A stretch of 24,000 nt of DNA from Inconstantimicrobium mannanitabidum (GTDB lineage: Bacteria; Bacillota; Clostridia; Clostridiales; Clostridiaceae): contig NZ_BROD01000001.1 of assembly GCF_024345225.1 (NCBI RefSeq), positions 1,598,362-1,622,361 on the forward strand, in the 5' to 3' direction. The notes under the pieces are model-generated. The model saw only the letters and a program-made list of their open reading frames with translations. It had not been told where the DNA came from and did not search any database. Of this stretch, positions 8,988 to 17,680 are shown in pieces. The position numbers and the translations under genes are program-made. Position 1 is the first letter of the stretch, and every line of letters begins with the position of its first letter.

Positions 8988-8997
8988 GGAGTTATAC

Positions 8998-11900
8998 ATG
9001 TTCTTAAAATCATTAGAAATACGAGGGTTCAAATCATTTTTAGATAAAACTGAATTAGACTTTAAGCAAGGCATTACAGCAGTGGTTGGACCTAATGGTA
9101 GTGGTAAAAGTAACGTTTCAGATGCTGTAAGGTGGGTTCTAGGAGAGCAAAGTGTAAAAACCTTAAGAGGCGGTAAGATGGAAGATGTTATCTTTGCAGG
9201 AACTCAATTTAGAAAACCTGTAGGATTAGCACAGGTTTCTTTGACTTTAGATAATACAGACGGTGCTTTGCCAATAGAATACTCTGAGGTTACTGTAAGC
9301 AGAAGAATTTTTAGATCTGGTGAAAGTGAATATTTAATTAATAATAGACAATGTAGATTAAAAGATATAACTAATCTATTTATGGATACAGGTATAGGAA
9401 AAGAAGGTTATTCATTAATTGGGCAAGGAAAGATTGATGCAATATTAAATGGAAGACCAGAAGAAAGAAGATCTTTATTAGAAGAGGCAGCAGGTATTGT
9501 AAAATATAAGACAAGAAAAGAAGAAGCGGAGAAAAAGCTTTCAAATACTAATCAAAATTTAGTAAGAATAGATGATATAATATCTACCTATGAGGAAAGG
9601 TTAGAGCCTTTAAGGGAACAAAATATAAAGGCTCAACAGTTTATTGAATATTCTGGTGAATTAAAACAAAGAGAATTATCTTTGTTATTTCACAATATTG
9701 CTATTTTTCAAAATGAGATGACCAAGATTGAAGAAGAATTAAAGCAATTGTACGGAAGTCATGAACAATTAAAAAATGAATACATTGAAACCAAATTGTC
9801 CTTAGAAAAGTTAGATAAACAGTTAGAGGAAATGGAAAGTTTAGATCTTGAGGAACGCGGTACATTCTATAAAAATAAAGAGAAAAAGCAAGAACTTGAG
9901 TCTGAGATAGATATTCTAATAGAAAGACTTAAAAATATAGATAGTTTAGTAAGTTCTAATCTAAAAGAAAGAGAATTATTAGAATTTAGAAAGCAAGAAC
10001 TTATTAGACAAGAAGCAAATTTTAATATTGAATTGGAAAAGAAGGTTCTAGAAAAATCTGATTTAGATAAGAATCTAAGTTGTATGGAAGAAAGCATAAG
10101 TAAAGTTTCTAGAGAATACAATTATCTAAAAAATACAGAAATTCAATGTAATGAGAATAAATTAAAATATATTAGATTAATTTCAGAGCATAATAATAAA
10201 AATATGCTTGTAGAAGAACAGATAAAAAATTTAGAGGATAATATTAATCAAATAAATTCAAGTTATGTTAGTTCTCAGGATTTGATTAAAATAAATTATT
10301 CTACTAGATGTAAATTGGAAGAGAAAATAGACTCATTAAAAAATGAAATAACAATAAAGTCAGATAGTATTTCAACAAAGAAAAAGAATATGACCAATTT
10401 ATTTAGTGATACTACAAGAAAAGAAAATGAATATGCTTCTTTAAAGGATAAGATTAACAAAGTTCAAGCTAACAAGAATATCCTATCAAACTTAGAAGAG
10501 CAATATGAGGGATATAACAAATCTGTTAAGAGATTATTTGAACTAATAGACAGTGGAAAAATTGCAGTTGCAAATATGAGTTATGCTATTCTTGGAGAAA
10601 TAATCAATGTAAAGAAGGAATATGAAACTGCTGTAGAAATAGCCTTAGGAAATGCAATATCAAATGTAATTACTGATAATGAAAATATAGCTAAGAAGCT
10701 TATAGGTGAACTAAAAGATAGAAAACTTGGAAGAGCAACTTTTCTACCGTTAAATACTGTTAATGGCAAAAAGTTAGTACTTGATAAATCAGCATTGAAT
10801 TCTAAAGGATACTTAGGTATTGCTAGTGAACTTATTGATTTTGATGAAAAATATAGATTAGCAGTGGAACATACCTTGGGTAGAACTATTGTTTGCGATA
10901 ATATGGATAATGCTTTAAATTTGGCCAAGCTATTAAAGTATTCAGTAAGAATAGTTACTTTAGATGGCGAAATAGTGAATCCAGGTGGTGCTCTTACAGG
11001 AGGATACGTTTATCACAAAAGTACTAGCATTATTAGTAGAAAAAGAGAAATTGATGAATTAGCATTAGAAGAAACACAGCTTAAGGCTAAATTAGAAAAT
11101 TTACAGAAAGCTATTAAAGAAAATAGAGAAAAAATTAAAGTTATGGATGAAGATATTATAAATTGCAAAGAAGATATCCATAATATGAATATAGACATAG
11201 CTAAATTGGATAGTGAAATATCAAGTTTAGATAAAGAGTCAGCTAAACTTACTAATGCTGCAAAACTTAATGAAACTCAAGTTAACAATTACAAGATGAA
11301 GATTGAAGCTATAAATTCTGAAAAAGTTAGTATGGATTCTAAAATCCAAGAGATTAGAAATGGTGAACAATTAAATCAAGAAAGATTAGAAGCTACAGAG
11401 AAACAAATTAAGCTTGTGGAAACAGAAGTGAATAGGCTTAAAGAGCAGTTTACAGAAGAAAAAATTAAAAGAGCGACCTTAGAAGAATTAGTCAATAACA
11501 AAAAAAATGAAATTGAAAGAATTCAAAGAGAGGTTTCTCAAAGTGATGAAAAAATTTGTGCTATAAGTAAAGAAATTGATGAAAGCAAGATTAATAAAGA
11601 ACAGTGGAATCTTTCTATTGAAAGCAATAAACAAAATATTGAAAGTATTTCAATATTGATTTATGAAATTGATAAAAAGATTGAGCAACGTGAAATTGAG
11701 AGAAGAACCACAAAAGAACAATATAAAATTGAAAATTCTAAAGTTGAATCATTAAGCCTGCAGATTGGTAAGATGGAGGAGAACATTCATAAAATTGAAG
11801 TAACCAAAGCAAGAAAAGAGCAAGAAAATGAGTCTTATCTATCACAATTAAATGAAGAATTTGAATTGACTTATGCTGAAATTTCAGATAAAGTTGCAAT

Positions 11901-12555
11901 ATTAGAAGATATTAATTCAGTTACTAAAGAAATACAAAAATTAAAAATAAATATAAGCAGTCTTGGTAACGTTAATGTAGCGGCTATAGAGGAATATAAA
12001 GAAGTTACAGAGAAGTACAAATTTATGACAGAACAAAGAGATGACTTAGTAAATTCAAGAGAAGAACTTTTAACTGTAATAGAAGAAATGACTCAAAAAA
12101 TGAGGAGCTTATTTAGTGAAAACTTTGTGATTTTGAATAAAAACTTCAATGAAACATTTATGGAACTTTTCAAGGGAGGAAGCGCACAACTTATTTTAGG
12201 TGAGGGAGATGAACTGACTTCTAATATAGAAATAAATGTTCAACCACCAGGTAAAAAGCTACAAAATATAAATCTTATGTCTGGAGGAGAAAAGGTGTTA
12301 TCTGCAATAGCTTTGGTTTTTGCAATTCTAAAAATGAAACCTACACCTTTCTGTATTCTAGATGAAATAGAAGCTGCTCTGGATGATGCTAATGTAGATA
12401 GATATGCTGAATTCTTGAAGAAGTTTTCAAACAACATACAGTTTATTGTTATAACACATAGAAAGGGAACTATGGAGGCAAGTGATGTAATGTATGGTGT
12501 AACTATGCAAGAAAAAGGTATTTCTAAAGTAGTTTCTGTAGATCTTACAAAATAG
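8998..12555 (+). CDS. smc: Chromosome partition/condensation protein SMC
   Basis: 1185-aa ORF. Walker A GPNGSGKSN, long heptad-rich coiled-coil arms, central hinge, C-terminal signature LSGGEK and Walker B FCILDEIEAALD. Confidence 0.97.
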   Translation: MFLKSLEIRGFKSFLDKTELDFKQGITAVVGPNGSGKSNVSDAVRWVLGEQSVKTLRGGKMEDVIFAGTQFRKPVGLAQVSLTLDNTDGALPIEYSEVTVSRRIFRSGESEYLINNRQCRLKDITNLFMDTGIGKEGYSLIGQGKIDAILNGRPEERRSLLEEAAGIVKYKTRKEEAEKKLSNTNQNLVRIDDIISTYEERLEPLREQNIKAQQFIEYSGELKQRELSLLFHNIAIFQNEMTKIEEELKQLYGSHEQLKNEYIETKLSLEKLDKQLEEMESLDLEERGTFYKNKEKKQELESEIDILIERLKNIDSLVSSNLKERELLEFRKQELIRQEANFNIELEKKVLEKSDLDKNLSCMEESISKVSREYNYLKNTEIQCNENKLKYIRLISEHNNKNMLVEEQIKNLEDNINQINSSYVSSQDLIKINYSTRCKLEEKIDSLKNEITIKSDSISTKKKNMTNLFSDTTRKENEYASLKDKINKVQANKNILSNLEEQYEGYNKSVKRLFELIDSGKIAVANMSYAILGEIINVKKEYETAVEIALGNAISNVITDNENIAKKLIGELKDRKLGRATFLPLNTVNGKKLVLDKSALNSKGYLGIASELIDFDEKYRLAVEHTLGRTIVCDNMDNALNLAKLLKYSVRIVTLDGEIVNPGGALTGGYVYHKSTSIISRKREIDELALEETQLKAKLENLQKAIKENREKIKVMDEDIINCKEDIHNMNIDIAKLDSEISSLDKESAKLTNAAKLNETQVNNYKMKIEAINSEKVSMDSKIQEIRNGEQLNQERLEATEKQIKLVETEVNRLKEQFTEEKIKRATLEELVNNKKNEIERIQREVSQSDEKICAISKEIDESKINKEQWNLSIESNKQNIESISILIYEIDKKIEQREIERRTTKEQYKIENSKVESLSLQIGKMEENIHKIEVTKARKEQENESYLSQLNEEFELTYAEISDKVAILEDINSVTKEIQKLKINISSLGNVNVAAIEEYKEVTEKYKFMTEQRDDLVNSREELLTVIEEMTQKMRSLFSENFVILNKNFNETFMELFKGGSAQLILGEGDELTSNIEINVQPPGKKLQNINLMSGGEKVLSAIALVFAILKMKPTPFCILDEIEAALDDANVDRYAEFLKKFSNNIQFIVITHRKGTMEASDVMYGVTMQEKGISKVVSVDLTK

Positions 12556-12566
12556 GAGGAAAGAAT

Positions 12567-13475
12567 ATGTTCGGAGGAATATTTGATAAGCTTAAGCAAG
12601 GATTAACCAAAACAAGAGACTCATTCACAGACAAAATTAATGAGGTATTAAATTTAGCTGTAACCATTGATGAAGACTTATATGAGGAATTAGAGGAAAT
12701 TTTAATTACTTCTGATATTGGAATGGATACTACAATTGAGATAATAAAGAGACTTAAAGAAAAGATACGAGAAGAAAAGATTAATGATCCAGCAGAGGTA
12801 AGACCTTGTTTAAAAAGAGTAATTACAGAAATGTTATTGCAAGGTGATGACAGAAAACCTGAAGGAGATAAGCATGTATTACTTATTATAGGGGTTAATG
12901 GAGTTGGTAAAACTACATCTATAGGAAAACTTGCAGCTAAAAATAAGGCAGAAGGAAAGAAAGTGCTTCTTGCAGCAGCGGATACTTTTAGAGCTGCTGC
13001 TATTGATCAATTAGAAATTTGGAGCAAGCGTGCTGATGTGGATATAGTTAAACATCAAGAAGGTTCGGACCCTGCAGCAGTAGTATTTGATGCGATACAA
13101 GCAGCTAAATCAAGAAATGTTGATCTTCTTATTTGTGATACTGCAGGTAGACTTCATAACAAAAAAAATCTAATGAATGAATTAGAAAAAATAAATAGAA
13201 TTTTGGATAGAGAATATTCTGACGCTACAAAAGAAACTTTATTGGTATTAGATGCAACTACAGGTCAAAACGCTGTTATACAAGCTCAGCAATTTATGGA
13301 ATCTTGTCCTATAGACGGTATAATCTTAACAAAACTTGATGGTACTGCTAAGGGTGGAGTAGTAATTGCTATTAAAAACTCTTTAGATATACCTGTGAGA
13401 TATATTGGTGTTGGAGAAGGTGTTGAGGATCTGCAAGAATTTGATGCTGAAAGCTTTAGTGAAGCTTTATTCTAA
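12567..13475 (+). CDS. ftsY: Signal recognition particle receptor FtsY (short NG-only form)
   Basis: 302-aa ORF with GVNGVGKTTSIGKLA, DTAGR and TKLDGTAKGG. AGGAGG SD. Directly follows smc, as in Bacillus. Confidence 0.95.
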   Translation: MFGGIFDKLKQGLTKTRDSFTDKINEVLNLAVTIDEDLYEELEEILITSDIGMDTTIEIIKRLKEKIREEKINDPAEVRPCLKRVITEMLLQGDDRKPEGDKHVLLIIGVNGVGKTTSIGKLAAKNKAEGKKVLLAAADTFRAAAIDQLEIWSKRADVDIVKHQEGSDPAAVVFDAIQAAKSRNVDLLICDTAGRLHNKKNLMNELEKINRILDREYSDATKETLLVLDATTGQNAVIQAQQFMESCPIDGIILTKLDGTAKGGVVIAIKNSLDIPVRYIGVGEGVEDLQEFDAESFSEALF

Positions 13476-13480
13476 AAAAA

Positions 13481-13520
13481 ATAAAGTGTTAAGTAAAAAT
13501 ACTTGACACTTTATTTATAA
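13481..13520 (+). terminator. Hairpin/terminator after ftsY (AT-rich stem)
   Basis: ATAAAGTGTTAAGTA (13481-13495), loop AAAA, TACTTGACACTTTAT (13500-13514). 15 bp with one G-U pair, then TTATAATTT. The U-tract is interrupted, so strength is uncertain. Confidence 0.55.
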
Positions 13521-13531
13521 TTTGATATTAT
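13503..13531 (+). promoter_or_regulatory. Strong sigma-A-type promoter for ylxM-ffh
   Basis: TTGACA (13503-13508), a 17-nt spacer ending in TGa (13523-13525), then TATTAT (13526-13531). This gives a consensus -35 and an extended -10. Confidence 0.6.
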
Positions 13532-13555
13532 AATTTTTGTGAGTTGGTGATTTAT

Positions 13556-13894
13556 ATGGAAGATAGATTTGAAGTGTCCATATTACTTGATTTTTATGGA
13601 ACACTATTAACTGATAAACAAATAGATATTATGAATATGTATTTTAATGAAGACTTATCTCTTGGGGAGATAGCTGAAATCAATGAAACAAGTCGTCAGG
13701 CCATTCATGATTCTATAAAAAGATGCTATAAGCAACTAAAAAATCATGAAGATAAATTGAAACTTAAAGAAAAATATCTTAATAAAAAAACAGAAAAAGA
13801 AAATTTAATGAAAGAATTATCTAAAGTTGAAAGCATAGATAATGATTTACTTGAATATATTGATAAGAAATTAGAATTAATCATTAATATATAG
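13556..13894 (+). CDS. ylxM: YlxM/UPF0122 helix-turn-helix protein (SRP-operon associated)
   Basis: MEDRFEVSILLDFYGTLLTDKQIDIMNMYFNEDLSLGEIAEINETSRQAIHDSIKR has a sigma-70 region-4-like HTH. It holds the conserved position immediately upstream of ffh. I prefer ATG 13556 over the track's TTG 13544. Confidence 0.85.
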   Translation: MEDRFEVSILLDFYGTLLTDKQIDIMNMYFNEDLSLGEIAEINETSRQAIHDSIKRCYKQLKNHEDKLKLKEKYLNKKTEKENLMKELSKVESIDNDLLEYIDKKLELIINI

Positions 13895-13904
13895 GAGGGC
13901 GAAC

Positions 13905-15260
13905 ATGGCTTTTGAAAATTTATCATCAAAATTGCAAGAAACTTTCAAAAAGTTAAAAGGTAAAGGTAAAATTTCCGAAAAAGATTTAAAAGAAGCCATG
14001 AGAGAAGTTAAGCTAGCCTTACTTGAAGCTGATGTTAACTACAAAGTGGTAAAAGAATTTATCAGTAGCGTAAAGGACAAGTGTCTAGGTGCTAATGTTC
14101 TTGAAAGCTTAACACCAGGTCAACAGGTTATTAAGATAGTTAATGATGAGTTGACTACACTTATGGGAACCTCAGAAAGTAAACTTAATTTTTCTGATAC
14201 AGGCATAACCGTTGTTATGATGGTTGGTTTACAAGGTGCTGGTAAAACTACAATGTGTGGTAAATTAGCATTGAATATGAGAAAGAAAAACAAGAAACCT
14301 CTTTTGGTAGCTTGTGATATATATAGACCTGCAGCTATTAAGCAGTTGCAAGTAGTTGGAAGTCAAATAGATATACCAGTATTCTCAATGGGAGATAAGG
14401 TTAAAGCAGTTGATATTGCAAAAGCTGGTGTAGCTCATGCAAAAGATCAAGGATATAACTTTGTAATTATAGATACTGCTGGTAGACTTCATATTGATGA
14501 TGACTTAATGGGAGAGCTTAAGGATATTAAAGCAGAAGTTAAGCCTTCAGAAATACTTTTAGTAGTAGATTCTATGACAGGTCAAGATGCTGTAAATGTA
14601 GCTGAAACTTTCAATAATGAAATTGATGTTACAGGAGTTGTTTTGACAAAGCTAGATGGTGATACTAGAGGTGGAGCAGCTTTATCAATTAGACACATTA
14701 CTAACAAGCCTATAAAGTTTGCTGGTATGGGTGAAAAGATGAATGATTTAGAAGTTTTCCATCCTGATAGAATGGCTTCTAGAATTCTTGGAATGGGTGA
14801 TGTGCTTTCTTTAATTGAAAAGGCACAACAGTCCATAGATGAGAAAGAAGCAAAGCAGTTAACTGATAGGATGATGAATAATGATTTCAATTTTGAAGAT
14901 TATTTAACTGCTATGGACCAAATGAAAAAGCTTGGGCCATTGAAAAAAGTTATGGAGATGATGCCTGGTGCAGGTGGCAAGGAGCTTGAAGGACTTGATT
15001 TAGAAGCTAGTGAAAAGCAACTTGATAAAACTAAAGCCATAATTCAATCAATGACACTTAAGGAAAGAAGAAATCCTTCACTAGTTGCAAGTTCTGCTCA
15101 AAGGAAAAAGAGGATTGCAAATGGATCAGGTTCTTCTATTCAAGAAGTCAATAAATTAATTAAAGGCTTCGAGATGATGAGAAAGAGTATGAAACAAATT
15201 AAAGGTCTACAGAAAAATGCTAAAAAAGGTCTATTTGGAAAAATGCCATTTTTTAAATAG
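13905..15260 (+). CDS. ffh: Signal recognition particle protein Ffh
   Basis: 451-aa ORF with GLQGAGKTTMCGKLA, DTAGR, TKLDGDTRGG and a Met-rich M domain (MEMMPGAG...). The AGGAGGG SD overlaps the ylxM stop. Confidence 0.97.
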   Translation: MAFENLSSKLQETFKKLKGKGKISEKDLKEAMREVKLALLEADVNYKVVKEFISSVKDKCLGANVLESLTPGQQVIKIVNDELTTLMGTSESKLNFSDTGITVVMMVGLQGAGKTTMCGKLALNMRKKNKKPLLVACDIYRPAAIKQLQVVGSQIDIPVFSMGDKVKAVDIAKAGVAHAKDQGYNFVIIDTAGRLHIDDDLMGELKDIKAEVKPSEILLVVDSMTGQDAVNVAETFNNEIDVTGVVLTKLDGDTRGGAALSIRHITNKPIKFAGMGEKMNDLEVFHPDRMASRILGMGDVLSLIEKAQQSIDEKEAKQLTDRMMNNDFNFEDYLTAMDQMKKLGPLKKVMEMMPGAGGKELEGLDLEASEKQLDKTKAIIQSMTLKERRNPSLVASSAQRKKRIANGSGSSIQEVNKLIKGFEMMRKSMKQIKGLQKNAKKGLFGKMPFFK

Positions 15261-15306
15261 ATAATTATTTATAGAATATTTTATTCTGTTAAAGGAGGTG
15301 AAATAA

Positions 15307-15555
15307 ATGGCAGTAAAGATAAGATTAAGAAGAATGGGTGCAAAGAAAGCTCCTTTCTACAGAGTAGTTGTAGCTGATTCAAGAAGCCCAAGAGATGGTA
15401 GATTCATCGAAGAAATAGGATATTACAATCCAATAGCTAAGCCAGAAGTTGAAGTTAAAATAGATGCTGAAAAGGCTGAAAAATGGTTAAATAACGGAGC
15501 TCAACCAACAGATGTTGTTAAGAGATTATTCGTTAAAGCAGGAATTAACAAGTAA
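15307..15555 (+). CDS. rpsP: 30S ribosomal protein S16
   Basis: 82-aa [51 protein letters not shown]. Confidence 0.95.
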   Translation: MAVKIRLRRMGAKKAPFYRVVVADSRSPRDGRFIEEIGYYNPIAKPEVEVKIDAEKAEKWLNNGAQPTDVVKRLFVKAGINK

Positions 15556-15575
15556 TAATACTTGGGAGGTGATTT

Positions 15576-15599
15576 CTGCTCTAGTATTTCTAGGTGCAG
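15576..15599 (+). promoter_or_regulatory. Hairpin between a distal strong SD and the khpA start codon
   Basis: CTGCTCTAG (15576-15584), loop TATTT, CTAGG(T)GCAG (15590-15599). 9 bp with one G-U pair and one bulged T. Preceded by GGGAGGTGA (15564-15572) and followed 6 nt later by ATG 15606. Confidence 0.35.
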
Positions 15600-15605
15600 A
15601 GAGCT

Positions 15606-15833
15606 ATGAAGGAATTAGTTGAGATTATAGCTAAATCACTAGTTGATAACCCATCTGCAGTTAGCGTGGCTGAAGTTCAAGGAGAGCAATCTCTAATTCT
15701 TGAATTAAAAGTTGCGCCTGAAGATATGGGTAAGGTGATAGGCAAACAAGGGAGAATAGCTAAGGCTATTAGAACAGTTGTCAAAGCTGCGGCCTTAAAG
15801 GAAAACAAAAGAGTTGTAGTAGAAATCATTTAA
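15606..15833 (+). CDS. khpA: KH-domain RNA-binding protein KhpA (YlqC)
   Basis: 75-aa product [16 protein letters not shown]... with the KH GxxG loop [15 protein letters not shown]. Conserved rpsP-khpA-rimM-trmD order. ATG 15606 is preferred to the track's GTG 15594, which directly follows an in-frame TAG at 15591. Confidence 0.85.
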   Translation: MKELVEIIAKSLVDNPSAVSVAEVQGEQSLILELKVAPEDMGKVIGKQGRIAKAIRTVVKAAALKENKRVVVEII

Positions 15834-15835
15834 AA

Positions 15836-15865
15836 AAGAGTTAGGTTATTCCTAGCTCTTTTTGT
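15836..15865 (+). terminator. Intrinsic terminator/attenuator between khpA and rimM
   Basis: AAGAGTTAGG (15836-15845), loop TTATT, CCTAGCTCTT (15851-15860), with one G-U pair, running into TTTTTGT. Confidence 0.6.
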
Positions 15866-15890
15866 ACATACTTATTTCGAGGTGATTGAT

Positions 15891-16391
15891 GTGAAAAAGC
15901 AATTTTTAAATATAGGTAAAGTAGTAAATACTCATGGCGTTAAGGGAGAAGTAAAAGTTATTCCATTAACTGAAGATATGAGAAGATTTGATGAACTTGA
16001 GGAAGTTTTAATTGGTGATGAAACTTATGCAATTGATGGATGTAAGTATCAAAAGGATAGAGTAATATTAAAGATTAGAGGGATTGATTCTATTGATGAC
16101 ACTGCCAAGATTAGAAATAAATATATAACAATTCCACGTGATCAAGCAATTGTATTACCAGAAGATACTTATTTTATTTCTGATTTAATTGGATGTAAAG
16201 TAGAAGATACTGATGGTTTCCAATACGGAAAGGTATATGATGTTATTCAAACAGGTAGTAATGACGTGTATTGGGTAAAAGGAAACAAGGAAATTTTAGT
16301 ACCTGTACTTAAAGAAATTGTATTAGATATTAACATAGATTCAGAGTTAATAGTTATTAAACCTTCTGGAGAATGGCAAGATGAAGATTGA
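15891..16391 (+). CDS. rimM: 16S rRNA processing protein RimM
   Basis: The [15 protein letters not shown] motif is close to the N-terminus. GTG 15891 has a GAGGTGA SD (15879-15885) with a 5-nt spacer. The track's GTG 15882 has no SD. Confidence 0.9.
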   Translation: MKKQFLNIGKVVNTHGVKGEVKVIPLTEDMRRFDELEEVLIGDETYAIDGCKYQKDRVILKIRGIDSIDDTAKIRNKYITIPRDQAIVLPEDTYFISDLIGCKVEDTDGFQYGKVYDVIQTGSNDVYWVKGNKEILVPVLKEIVLDINIDSELIVIKPSGEWQDED

Positions 16392-17097
16392 TATTCTCAC
16401 ATTATTTCCAGAGATGTTCACAATATTTGATCATAGTATAATTGGAAGAGCTAAAGAAAATAAGATTTTAGATATAAACACATTAAATATAAGAGATTAT
16501 ACTTTAAATAAACATAAAAAAGTAGACGATTACCCTTATGGAGGAGGAGCTGGAATGTTAATGGCTCCTCAACCTATAGTTTCTTCTATACAAAAGGCTA
16601 GGGAAGATAACAAAGGAAAAGTTATTTTTCTAGGACCTAGAGGAAAAACTTTCAATCAAGAAATAGCTAATGAATTGAGCAAAGAAGAGGAACTTATTAT
16701 TCTTTGTGGTCATTACGAAGGGATAGATGAAAGAGTTTATAAATATATAGATTTAGAATATTCTATGGGAGACTTTGTACTTACAGGAGGGGAAATGGCA
16801 GCTATACCTTTTATAGATAGTATATGTAGGCTGATTCCTGGTGTTTTGGCAAAAGATGAGAGCTTTCAAGATGAATCATTCTATAACGGACTATTAGAAT
16901 ATCCTCAATATACTAGACCACCCGTTTTTGAAGGTGATGAGGTACCTGAAGTTTTAATTTCAGGGCATCATGAGAAAATAAGATTGTGGAGAAAGAAACA
17001 ATCACTTCTCATCACTAAAGCAAAAAGACCAGATTTGTTTGAGAAATATGAACTATCTAAGGAAGATAAAAAAATATTATATAATTTTAAAAAGTAA
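16381..17097 (+). CDS. trmD: tRNA (guanine37-N1)-methyltransferase TrmD
   Basis: 238-aa ORF with [13 protein letters not shown] and the C-terminal YPQYTRP and SGHHEKI blocks. Overlaps the rimM stop by 11 nt. Confidence 0.95.
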   Translation: MKIDILTLFPEMFTIFDHSIIGRAKENKILDINTLNIRDYTLNKHKKVDDYPYGGGAGMLMAPQPIVSSIQKAREDNKGKVIFLGPRGKTFNQEIANELSKEEELIILCGHYEGIDERVYKYIDLEYSMGDFVLTGGEMAAIPFIDSICRLIPGVLAKDESFQDESFYNGLLEYPQYTRPPVFEGDEVPEVLISGHHEKIRLWRKKQSLLITKAKRPDLFEKYELSKEDKKILYNFKK

Positions 17098-17119
17098 GTT
17101 GGAATAATTTAAAAACTTA

Positions 17120-17148
17120 TTGCAAAGAATACAGTTTTATGTTAAAAT
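17120..17148 (+). promoter_or_regulatory. Putative sigma-A promoter dedicated to rplS
   Basis: TTGCAA (17120-17125), a 17-nt spacer ending in TGt, then TAAAAT (17143-17148). Confidence 0.55.
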
Positions 17149-17225
17149 ATGCTTTGTGTTATTACATGCGTTCCGCTTTCATGTTTATGTTATGAGCGCA
17201 CAATATATATTAGGAGGGAATACAC
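17149..17225 (+). promoter_or_regulatory. rplS 5' UTR; candidate ribosomal-protein L19 autoregulatory leader
   Basis: A ~70-nt UTR locally richer in G+C than its surroundings (ACATGCGTTCCGCTTTCATGT ... TGAGCGCACAA). Possible pairings are ACATG/CATGT, TGCG/CGCA and TTGTG/CACAA. An L19 leader upstream of rplS is described for low-GC Gram-positives. I could not confirm a match to that model by eye. Confidence 0.3.
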
Positions 17226-17576
17226 ATGAACGAAATATTAAGAGCTATTGAGCAAGAACAATTAAGAAAAGATTTACCTGAATTTGCTATTGGAGATACT
17301 GTTAAAGTATATCTAAAAATAAAAGAAGGTGAAAAAGAAAGAGTTCAAATGTTCGAAGGAACTGTTATTAAGAGACAAAACGGTGGAATAAGAGAAACAT
17401 TTACTGTAAGAAGATTAGCTTACGGTACAGGAGTTGAAAGAACATTACCAGTTAACTCACCACTTATAGATAAATTAGAAGTAGTAAGAAAAGGTAAAGT
17501 TAGAAGAGCTAAGTTATTCTACTTAAGAGACAGAGTAGGTAAAGCTGCTAAAGTTAAAGAATTAATGACAAGATAG
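17226..17576 (+). CDS. rplS: 50S ribosomal protein L19
   Basis: 116-aa [31 protein letters not shown]... AGGAGGG SD. Confidence 0.95.
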   Translation: MNEILRAIEQEQLRKDLPEFAIGDTVKVYLKIKEGEKERVQMFEGTVIKRQNGGIRETFTVRRLAYGTGVERTLPVNSPLIDKLEVVRKGKVRRAKLFYLRDRVGKAAKVKELMTR

Positions 17577-17589
17577 GTTTTAAAATTCA

Positions 17590-17616
17590 GGGGCTTTTTA
17601 AGCCCCGTTTTTTATT
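17590..17616 (+). terminator. Intrinsic terminator after rplS
   Basis: GGGGCTT (17590-17596), loop TTT, AAGCCCC (17600-17606), then GTTTTTTATTTT. Confidence 0.85.
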
Positions 17617-17680
17617 TTATAGAGTTTTTTAGTATTGATATTAAAATTATGAAAATAATTATATATAAAGGAGTGATTCT

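Noticed and set aside
16130-16145. CACGTG-centred sequences (16135-16140 in rimM, and 1069-1074 in tmcAL) examined as possible parS/Spo0J sites because smc is nearby
   Set aside because: Against TGTTNCACGTGAAACA the flanks carry about 5 and 6 mismatches respectively. Only the central hexamer matches, and both sites are intragenic.
17149-17229. A 26-codon Cys-rich ORF ([26 protein letters not shown]) in the rplS leader, ending in an ATGA overlap with the rplS start
   Set aside because: Its ATG abuts the predicted -10 hexamer (17143-17148), so it would lie at or upstream of the transcription start. It has no SD.
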